A stretch of DNA of 64,000 nucleotides from Carpediemonas membranifera BICM (taxonomy: Eukaryota; Protista; Fornicata): NCBI GenBank assembly GCA_019828565.1, contig JAHDYR010000064.1:62001-126000 (forward strand). The letters are read 5' to 3'. Position numbers and translations under genes: made by a program. This document shows, piece by piece, positions 44,790-53,740 of the stretch; the first letter of the stretch is position 1, and each line of letters starts with the position of its first letter. The notes under the pieces were generated by a model. That model was not told the origin of the DNA and made no database searches. It saw nothing but the letters and a program-made list of their open reading frames with translations.

Positions 44790-45854
44790 ATGGACAAACC
44801 TCAAATTGTGGCGGCCTGTCGCCAATCTGTACCATATACAGTCTTTTCAGCGAAGTGGATTCCCGGAAGTTCGCGCATTGTCGTGCTTGGCAGCCGTCCG
44901 AAGGGAACTGGTGTCATCAGCGTCTGGCGCTACCATGCTGGCGAGCTAGAGCTCGTAAAGGAGCATGATAAGAGCCATGCACTCCGCTGTGGCACGTTTG
45001 GCGCCTCCTCCAAGGCACCTCGCACCTTTGCCACCGGCGATGCTGACGGCCGCATCTGCATCTACGATGTGGAGCGCTGGGACACGCCCACATACATGAC
45101 ACGCGGCCACACGAAGGCTATCGCTGCCATGGCTGGTGTCGCCGGCTCCAACCCTGCATGTGGCGCGCCCGAGCTCGTCACAGGGTCCGAGGACGGATGC
45201 GTCCATGTCTGGGATCCCCGCCAGAAGGGCCGGCCTGTAGCCAGCCTCGTAGCAGAGGGAGATGATGCCCCGCAGTGCTGGTCCGTTGCTTTCGGCAACG
45301 CCTTCAACGCAGATGAACGGTGTGTCGCAGCAGGCTATGCGAGTGGAGACATCAAACTCTACGACCTGAGGATGAACACCGTTACATGGGAGACTAACGT
45401 GTCCAATGGCGTCGTCTCCCTCCAATTCGACAGGCCTGATATCCCCATGAACAAGCTCGTCGCCGCCACTCTCGAGGGTCATCTCCACACTTTCGACATG
45501 CGCACGTTTAACCAAGCGCAGGGATATGCTGGGCTTGATACGCACTTTAAGGACAACTTTACGGTATGGGACGTTGCTCATATGCCCCAAGACCGGGATG
45601 TACTCATGACTGGCAACGGCAACGGGTCCATGAGTCTCTATCACTACAAATACCCCTCCCAGCGCTGGAGAGAAACCGATGCTGGCAAGATTGGTGTAGT
45701 GGGCGAGATGGAGAAGCTTCAGAACATGGCCTTCTCGAGCCAGCCAATCAAAAGCCTCGACTGGTCACCTGACAAGCGAGGGGCACTGCTCTGGACTTCG
45801 TTTGACCAGACGGTGTCTGTTGGCGTCGTCACCAGACTTAAGGAGGTCTGGTAG
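44790..45854 (+). CDS. WDR92: WD repeat protein 92 (dynein axonemal assembly factor)
   Basis: MDKPQI, KWIP.S, CGTFGAS, GAPELVTGS.DG.V.VWDPRQ, FDR.DIPMNKL, SFDQTV. Confidence 0.93.
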   Translation: MDKPQIVAACRQSVPYTVFSAKWIPGSSRIVVLGSRPKGTGVISVWRYHAGELELVKEHDKSHALRCGTFGASSKAPRTFATGDADGRICIYDVERWDTPTYMTRGHTKAIAAMAGVAGSNPACGAPELVTGSEDGCVHVWDPRQKGRPVASLVAEGDDAPQCWSVAFGNAFNADERCVAAGYASGDIKLYDLRMNTVTWETNVSNGVVSLQFDRPDIPMNKLVAATLEGHLHTFDMRTFNQAQGYAGLDTHFKDNFTVWDVAHMPQDRDVLMTGNGNGSMSLYHYKYPSQRWRETDAGKIGVVGEMEKLQNMAFSSQPIKSLDWSPDKRGALLWTSFDQTVSVGVVTRLKEVW

Positions 45855-45900
45855 AACGCTAAATTTTGTATTTATTTTGTTTGTGAACAGAATTGTGCTA

Positions 45901-46113
45901 ATGAGTGAGGGGAGGCGCTATGCGGTCCCTGTTCCGTATCCTAACGATAATGACCTTTTTTTGAGTGTCAAGCAGGAGTATGACGCGAATCGGGCTGCTC
46001 AGGCCGCCAGGATGAACCAACCGCGTGCTCCCTCGCCGCCACCGCAGCCTATCTACCTAGAAACTCCGAATCCGCGGTGGATACGTGATGATCAGATAGT
46101 TTTCGAGCTTTGA
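45901..46113 (+). CDS. Small hypothetical protein (70 aa)
   Basis: ATG-started ORF after an AT-rich spacer, with no recognised family. Confidence 0.3.
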   Translation: MSEGRRYAVPVPYPNDNDLFLSVKQEYDANRAAQAARMNQPRAPSPPPQPIYLETPNPRWIRDDQIVFEL

Positions 46114-47137
46114 CGGTGAGAAAATGAACTTCACTTAATTCTTACCGGTTTCCGCCATCACTAACGATGCTGCCAGACGGCCCCACGGCGGCATTCAAGC
46201 CTATTGTATGGAATATGTGGTAAAATAAGCCACTTGCGTCATCGTATTGACGTTTGATACCACTGGTAAAGCTATTCTGGTGAGCTTTTCTCAGAAATTG
46301 GTAAGTCTAGTCAATTTTCTCAGTAACACGGAGCCGGTACGCAATTCAGTAGAAGAATCTGAAGTTCCTGGCATGTTTCCTCTAGTGTCGTCTATAAGCA
46401 TTAAAAACGTTCCGTACTCAGGTGCGTCGCGTAGGGACGAGCCAACCGTCAAGGTTGGTCAAATGATTGGATCAATTCGGCTGGCCACAATTTGGTTTCG
46501 CCGCCACAGCATGACGTAAATATTCTTCCCCCCGTGTGTTTTCTGGTTCCGCAGGGGACCTGCAATTTTCGAAAATCACGTGCCTTGCACGAGTCCAACG
46601 GACTAATCGACAATATTGCAACAAGATGTTTAATACAGCCGGTGGCATCGGCTTCTTCGAGGAGTTCTGAAGTGAACTCGTCAAACCCATAAACTGGGCC
46701 GAATTTCCCCGGAGGCGAAAATCGTCCCAGGGCCACCGCCGGCGCCCAGAAGCCTCATGGTGGCTTCCTGAGCGGGGTTGCGCGCGTGGCTGCACCGGGC
46801 CACGGATGCCCGCAGTCTTGGCTCCGTAGTGCCGCCCATTTGGTCGACGATAATCGACTATTCCAAATTGATCTAATCAAATTTATCTCCGTTTGGTGGC
46901 CTTGGCCCGTCATCCGCGTCGCCTTCGGCCATCCTCACGGTTTCTGCTGGAGGGATACGATCTGCTCGCGATCGGGATGGATCAAGACCGTATCCACAAT
47001 CATATCTTTCGAGATTTTCTAAATATTTTGACCATCTTTCTCGTGTCCCCGGAATCCTGTTCTGACACACCCTGACCCAGCAGTGTCAGGGCGTGAGCCA
47101 CGCCCGAGGCGTGATAGCTTACATATCGATGATATGC

Positions 47138-47493
47138 GTCAGACAGGCTGACGATCCGGTAGACTCCGTCCATTCCCACAGGGGGGGGTAGGTAATTTAT
47201 TGTGTCGCGTTCTCGCATCGTCCCGGGTCTATCTCTGTGTAAGCCGGAGTAAATTACCTCGCTCGACCTTACGTAATGCCGAGCGTCACCCTCCGAAGGA
47301 GGGGATCGGGAGCAAGGCTGCCCCGCGGTTTCAGTTCGCTCTTGAACAACTGAACCGCCCTTATGAGACGCACGATCCCGTCTTTGAGATCGTATCGAAT
47401 CATCCTCGACCTCTCGCGCCGAAGTTTTGGCTCCGCTGGCCTTGCCAGTCAGACAGGCTGACGATCCGGTAGACTCCGTCCATTCCCACAGGG
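47138..47493. repeat. Perfect 46-bp direct repeat pair (47138-47183 and 47448-47493)
   Basis: GTCAGACAGGCTGACGATCCGGTAGACTCCGTCCATTCCCACAGGG occurs twice, 310 bp apart. Confidence 0.95.
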
Positions 47494-47849
47494 AACCAGT
47501 CGCCGCCCAAGCGATTGCAGCCGATCGGTGCACTTTAAGACACTCTCGATGTCTTTCATGCAAGCTGTGCCCCGGCTGCAATTCATTGCATATGCCAACA
47601 CAAAGAGCTCAAAACGAGGTCTATAGCCCTCAACGGCGCTTCGTTGAGGAGTTCTAGCGATTTTTCACTTTTGTTGCGCAATTTCTTCTTCTGATGCGCA
47701 AATATTGAACCATCGAGCCTAAAAGAGACTCTAAAGCCTTAACGGCTTCCAAATAGCCAATATCACCTTGTCCATCAAGGTTTATGATTAGCCTCACTAA
47801 GGCCCACAATCATACCCCTCGCAGCCACTCCTCAATGGCTTTGAGGGGC

Positions 47850-48716
47850 TTATCTCTTCTTATCCTTCTCTAATAAGGCTCTGAACGGGGCTACGGACGT
47901 GCTGTAGTCCAGGCGAAGCACGTCTTCCACATAACGGATCAATGAGTTCTGGTCAGCCCATGTGCCCTTCGCCGCAACAACCGGGATAGGGATACCCATC
48001 AGAACCAGGTCAGCCGCGCTCCCGCGGCGCAGACCGTGCAGCCGAGCCTGCGTGGAGATGATGCCCTTCACCTGGTCCTCAATGACTGAGTAGGGGTGCG
48101 ACCAGAGAGGGTCTTCGGCCACCGCGCCTGCATCTATCCTATTGACTAGGACCTCAGATAGCCAGTGAGCCGGGTCTAGCTCCCCGTCGACTCTCGGGAC
48201 GAGCTTCTCAACGACCACTCGCCGGGTCTTAGTGCCGTGGATGGAGATTCTTAGCCCGCGGCGCGCGCTCTCCGCTCTAACGTCACCAACATGCAGGGCA
48301 TAGATCTCTCCTGGCCTGGAGGTCGTGGCGTAGGTGGTCAGTGCAAAGGCGAAAGCCTCCTTCCAAAGGTCGTCGTCTCGAGACTGAGGGTGGGCAGCCC
48401 GAAGCCTGTCAACCAGAGTGTGCGCGCGAATCGGGAGAGCAGGCCCTCTAAGCTTCCCAAGAGCGTTCCTTGCCTGCTCTTTGATGACTGCGTCGGCGTC
48501 CAGCGGTGGTTCCCATGATGACACCCGGCCGAAGAAGCGACGGATTAGGCTCCACTTCGAGGTGATTGTATCCTTGGTGACCCTCGAGGCTTGGTCCTTG
48601 GCCCATGCTCTTATGACTTCGATGCTGCTAGTGTCAGGTGGAAGGACCCCCCAGAAACCCGAGAACTGTTGGAGCACACCCGCGACGTGGCGCTTGTCTA
48701 CGAATCCACTTAACAT
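47850..48716 (-). CDS. Tyrosine recombinase of DIRS-type element
   Basis: TSRPGE (R), GTKT (K), HGLRRG (HxxR), GTW, RY (catalytic Tyr). Confidence 0.92.
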   Translation of the reverse strand: MLSGFVDKRHVAGVLQQFSGFWGVLPPDTSSIEVIRAWAKDQASRVTKDTITSKWSLIRRFFGRVSSWEPPLDADAVIKEQARNALGKLRGPALPIRAHTLVDRLRAAHPQSRDDDLWKEAFAFALTTYATTSRPGEIYALHVGDVRAESARRGLRISIHGTKTRRVVVEKLVPRVDGELDPAHWLSEVLVNRIDAGAVAEDPLWSHPYSVIEDQVKGIISTQARLHGLRRGSAADLVLMGIPIPVVAAKGTWADQNSLIRYVEDVLRLDYSTSVAPFRALLEKDKKR

Positions 48717-48744
48717 GTCACCCTCGAGGGAGATGGTGAAGATG

Positions 48745-50829
48745 TCACTCCCACAAACAGGGCCGCCAATCGGTATGTGCCGTCCGCCTGCAGGGGGTGA
48801 TCGCTGATAGGTCCGCGTCCTCCGCTTTGACTCTGAAGAACATGCGGTGCGGAGTCAGCTCTCTCAGCGCAACTGCCGTCGGCGATCTGCAGTCGGACAC
48901 TAGCAGGACGAGGGCACTTGGTAGGGATCTCGGCTGTGTGGTCCTTGCAATGTGGAGGTGGCACAGCTTTGCATATACTGCTGATAGGAGCGCGAAGGGT
49001 GTCACTGCTAGCCACCTTCCTGTCGACCAGTCCATGTCTATGAACCTGCTGTCGTCGACCGTCGACGGGCTGTGTTCTACTCGAGCTCCAAGCCACTCGG
49101 AGGGCCAGATCTCTTTCTGCATGGGACCCCACTCGGCTGTGATCCTGTCGATGATCCGACGAGGCGCTGAGAGCGTTTCGGACCTCGACAATGCGTCGGC
49201 TTGGACGTTCAAGTGACCAGAGACGTGAAGGAGCCTTATCCTGAGGGCCCTTTCGCTCAGTGTGGGTAGCAGGTCCCGTATGACTGAGTCTACAAACTGC
49301 GGAGCCTTGGTTGAGCCTTGCTTGTTCCACCAGCTGACTGCTGCCACCGAGTCGGAGTAGATGGTGACCTCCGCGTCTGTCAACGGCTCTGCTAGGATCA
49401 GTCTCACTGCTTGTTCCACTGCTCGGAACTCGAGCAATGTGATGTGCTCGTCCACCGGGGCCGGCCTGGTGAAGGTGAAGGGTTGACGGCCCGGGATTGT
49501 GATCACTCCGCCGAGTCCTGAGTGAGAGGCGTCTGTCATCGCTGTGATGTGGAGCGTCGGAGACAGACCCCACAGGTGAAGCAGCTCTTGGAAGGACCTT
49601 ATCGGAGATGGCCGTGATAAGCGGCGCTCCCATTGGATCAGTGCTTCTCTCGCTTCGCCGGATATGAGTGTGCGGTAGCGGTCCTTCAGTTGGGCTCTCT
49701 GGAGGGGTCTGATAGCGGCTCGGCCCTCCGGCCAAATGATGGCTGCAAAGCCGAGATTGCCCAACAACCGCTGCATGCTGTGTGTCGTGGCCCCCGATGC
49801 CAAGGCCTCCCTGACTCGTGAGAGGTACTTCTGCCGCTTGCTGTCCTGCAGAGCGATCCCCCGCCGGCCAGAGTCCATGACGAAGCCAAGGAAGTCGGTC
49901 TGCTGCGTGGGTGAGAGCTGCGATTTCTTCCTGTTGATGACCAGGCCGAGGTTCTCTAGGAGCTGTAGTATGCCGGGCATCGCAGCGGTCAGTGTCTTCT
50001 TGTCCCCGGACAGAAGCCAGTCGTCGAGATAGATGGTCAAGTTGATGCCTGGGAACATCCGTGCTACGATCTGCGCTGCTGTCAGCATCACCCTTTGGAA
50101 GAAGAATGGCGCTGGGCCCCAGCCGAAGGGTAGGACGTTGAAGGCATAGGGTCTCCCGTCGACCACGAAACCCAGCAGCGGGCTGTCCGAGGCCCTGACC
50201 CCTAACTGGTAGTAGCCCTTGACTAGGTCCAAGCGTGCCATGTAGTCTCCTTCGCGAAGCTGGGCCATCGCTTGCTTGACTCCCTTCAGCCGAAAGGTTC
50301 GATGTTCCGTTGACACTGCGTTCAATGCCCTTAGGTCGTGGATCAGACGCGTCTCTGGTGGCGTCTTCGGCACAGTGAAGATAGGTGAGATCAAGCTGGG
50401 AGACCGGCATGGGCCTGCCGCGCCCAGGCTCAGGAGGGTTTTCAGGTGGTCGCGGAATGCCTTGCGGTCCTTGGCGCGAGTTGGTGGTAGGCGCGGATGA
50501 CGAGGGTGCGCTCTTAGGGATATCGGGACGCCCTCGCGTAGCCACGTAACCACCTCTGATGGCGCGCCCAAGTGCCTCCATAGGCGCCACTGCCTGTTGA
50601 TGCAGGGAAATGGTGGAACTGACGGGGGAGGAGGTGCTGTGGACGGGGGAGGAGGAGGCGTCGGTGACAGGGGAGGAGATTGAGGAGTAGTGGGATTTGT
50701 GGTTGGATGAGGAGTTAGGACCTGTGGACCGGGGCGAGGATCCTTGATGGGTGGTTTCTTTTGACTTAGTTTGAGTTCTTCGTGCCGGCGCGCTTCGGCT
50801 TCTTCCCGTGAAAACCCCGGTTGCCGCCG
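48745..50829 (-). CDS. DIRS pol: RT, RNase H and degenerate adenine-methyltransferase-like domain
   Basis: RLIHDLRALN, LDLVKGYYQ, LPFG, YLDD; TDAS, LE, SDS, NVQADALSR. The frame is open from 50829 with no ATG before the RT core. Confidence 0.92.
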   Translation of the reverse strand, partial: RRQPGFSREEAEARRHEELKLSQKKPPIKDPRPGPQVLTPHPTTNPTTPQSPPLSPTPPPPPSTAPPPPSVPPFPCINRQWRLWRHLGAPSEVVTWLREGVPISLRAHPRHPRLPPTRAKDRKAFRDHLKTLLSLGAAGPCRSPSLISPIFTVPKTPPETRLIHDLRALNAVSTEHRTFRLKGVKQAMAQLREGDYMARLDLVKGYYQLGVRASDSPLLGFVVDGRPYAFNVLPFGWGPAPFFFQRVMLTAAQIVARMFPGINLTIYLDDWLLSGDKKTLTAAMPGILQLLENLGLVINRKKSQLSPTQQTDFLGFVMDSGRRGIALQDSKRQKYLSRVREALASGATTHSMQRLLGNLGFAAIIWPEGRAAIRPLQRAQLKDRYRTLISGEAREALIQWERRLSRPSPIRSFQELLHLWGLSPTLHITAMTDASHSGLGGVITIPGRQPFTFTRPAPVDEHITLLEFRAVEQAVRLILAEPLTDAEVTIYSDSVAAVSWWNKQGSTKAPQFVDSVIRDLLPTLSERALRIRLLHVSGHLNVQADALSRSETLSAPRRIIDRITAEWGPMQKEIWPSEWLGARVEHSPSTVDDSRFIDMDWSTGRWLAVTPFALLSAVYAKLCHLHIARTTQPRSLPSALVLLVSDCRSPTAVALRELTPHRMFFRVKAEDADLSAITPCRRTAHTDWRPCLWE

Positions 50830-51143
50830 TCATGTCCGGTGCCGGGCTTGGTGTTCTTCTCGGTCAGGCGGGGGATCTTGGACAGGGTGCGGAGGACGAG
50901 AGTCTCGATCTCCGTCTCGTTCATCTCGTGACGCTCGGCAAGGGCGGCCATGCCCGCGGTGGAGACAGCAGAGGCGGCTAGGTAGCCGTAGCGGTCCTTC
51001 ACCCATAGGACTCGGTGACGGAGGAAGATGCGAGCGAGTACGGCGAAGCCACTGATTCGATTGAACTTGAAGCTGCGGTAGATCTCCTCGAGGAACTCCG
51101 CCTCTTCGCGCATAGTGGATGAAGCAGGACGCTTCCAAGTCAT
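50766..51143 (-). CDS. Gag-like ORF of DIRS-type element
   Basis: Position upstream of pol, helical core and basic Gly-rich tail. Confidence 0.6.
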   Translation of the reverse strand: MTWKRPASSTMREEAEFLEEIYRSFKFNRISGFAVLARIFLRHRVLWVKDRYGYLAASAVSTAGMAALAERHEMNETEIETLVLRTLSKIPRLTEKNTKPGTGHDGGNRGFHGKKPKRAGTKNSN

Positions 51144-53635
51144 GGTGGTCTCTTGCCGACATACTGTTAAAAACGGGGTTTCGATGCCTGAGGAAATCAT
51201 GAGGAAGTCCGTTTTCACGAAAAAAAATGGTGAAAACATTAGATTCAGTGAAATCTTTTCACCATTTTCACAAGGCGCAAGAAAACGAAAGAGATGGCAC
51301 TGAACACCCCTGGATGTACAGGACATCACTATACATGCTTTCCATGCATCTGTGAGCTTCTGCATTTTTCACACATTTTCACGAAATGCTTCTCTGCACT
51401 GAGACCACTGTTCGCCAAGAGAATCACTGATGTTGTCGATAAATGCTATCCATAAGGTATTCCTGTCTTTATTTCCGCTGCTGCTTCCCTCGTAGCGACG
51501 CACAGGTAGCTGTCGCAAAATGCACTTTAAGACCGAATTTCGCACAGCTACCTGTGCATGGTGTTTGAGCTTGATTGAAAGGCACTGAACAATACAGGGC
51601 TACTCTGCAGGTAACAGTAAGCAAAGCTTGAGCGACTTTGGGCCTCGAATGTGGTTGTATCTCATCAATGTTTATGACCCACCCTCGCATCATCCTGATC
51701 AGAACTTCACGCTTACTCACATGCTCAAATACTATCCATATGTCCTCCCTGTCACCGATGTAGTCGTTGTCGACCGTGTCTCAGCCTGGATACTCCTCCT
51801 GTCGACCGCACTGTCGTCTCCAACGTCTGTTAGGTCGACCCTGGTGTCCAACTCAGTTATATTAGTCATCTAATGCAGGCTAAATTCTTTATACATGACC
51901 ACGGAGTTGTTCAATGCGACTTCAAGTCTCACAATTTTCTTTTCCGCTCTGAACAGAATGTATAGGTGACTGAATATGGCTCAGCGATGACTAGAATCAC
52001 AACTAATTGTCCTCTCTGACTCTTTGAAAGCTATTCGAGTGTGTCAGATCATTCTAATCTTTCCAGTCGCGCCATAATGTTAAACGGGAAGCCAAATCTC
52101 GCGATTGAATACGCATAGTCGACGCAGAGAAGCATTAAATAGCCAAGAACGTCTTATTGAACATGAGAGTATTGTTGACGTGACTCCAACATTAGTCCTC
52201 GGATTGATATTATGTCGAGACAGGAAGATGGGAGGGATGCACCACGACTCATGAGACTAAATGTCTCCCAAACCATCTCCTAAACCATTTGATGTAGTGT
52301 GATTGAACTTGTACTGTGTTTACCTTGAAGTGCGCCCCATGTATTTTTTTGTTTACGTATATCAACATAAATACGCCAATTTATTATCGTAAAATTGCTG
52401 GGCCCGGGTCAGCACAGTCTAAGGACCCGCCATATCGCTTTTCAGGTAGAAGTAGTCTGAACCCTAAATTTGCTTTACGTATATCTCGGTAAATAGACTC
52501 GAACGATATGTAAAAATCTTGGATCCGTCCTAACATATCAAATACTACACATATACCAAGTTTCAGCCAAATCCAAGCCGAGAAGATCACCCCCGTCAAG
52601 CCCATGGACAATGGTAGGTCAGAGTGGTTTTGGCGAAAATAACAGTGCATTGCTGTATTCCAAATGTATGACTTATAGTGCAATGCACTGTTATTTTCGC
52701 AGAGCCGAACTTGGAGGTGGCCAGAAACTGACATCGCTGAAAAGCTCAGAGACGTCGTTATATCATCTATAACGGCATCTCTGAGCTTTTGGGCGCACGG
52801 TTTCATCCTGGCGGGGAGATCGATGCTTGTGAAAATGAAGAATCGACTAGGAGAGCTCTACGCTTGCATGCAGCCTTCTATTAGGTTGTTGATGTTGGTT
52901 ATATGCTTCTTTTTCGTTCTCGATGCGTGTGGATGAGTATTCTGTTGCAAGATTCATTTTGATGGACTGATGTTGGTTATAGAGGATAAAGGCACCAGAA
53001 TGGATCATATGCATGCTATAAACCCGTTCTGTGCCGTTGGAATAGCGTTATTCGATAGTCAGTAGCACTTGTTGTTCGTTTCACTCGTTGCAATCATTAA
53101 AGTGCACATGGAGAAATGATAAATCCTGGCCCATCTGTGCATGTGACAGCAACAAGGGGTCTCGGGGTAAGAGCAGGAACAAGAATTGGGAACAGCGAAT
53201 TCCAGGCTGCCTGTCAAAGCGCTAAGAACTGACCCCAGCCAGGTGAAACAAAGGGAACTTCTCAGAATGTCATAATATTCGCTGGTGTATGAGACTCACT
53301 GCCTCCCCTGCTCACCCCAATTAGCGATATAGGGACTTAGGGATGTGCAGTGCAATGACCGTGATAAATGCGGACGCAGAAGAGGCAGACCAGCACTTGT
53401 GGGGAACACTCACACCCCCGCTAAATCACACGCAAGGTCACCGGAGAAGACACAAGTCTCATAGAGTCCACAGATAGGAAGTTTTGAGGTCATAACTCTA
53501 TGGTCCATGCTGGGTGCCTCGGCAATATTGAGATAGTAAGTGCAGAGGGTGCGTGCTGGAGCCCCTATAGGCTTTAGAGCCCTTCTCGTCATCATTCAGA
53601 GGATGATGTAGCGCCCAGGCCGGGTGGAGAGTGGC

Positions 53636-53729
53636 TGTCATGACGACCTCATTTAATGATCAGTCTTATTTGGTCAATGATCTCAAACCTGCTTCTAAAT
53701 TTCACTCTCTCAATTGTTTGGGTACCACA
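53636..53729 (+). repeat. 5' LTR of E4
   Basis: TGTCATGACG...GGTACCACA, identical to 57878-57971. Confidence 0.97.
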
Positions 53730-53740
53730 GTAATTACTGC

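Noticed and set aside
47138-47493. CRISPR array
   Set aside because: Only two repeats, a 264-bp spacer, eukaryotic context and no cas genes.
51400-53630. Coding ORFs such as 52384-52806
   Set aside because: AT-richer, stop-rich sequence without motifs, probably intergenic or decayed.
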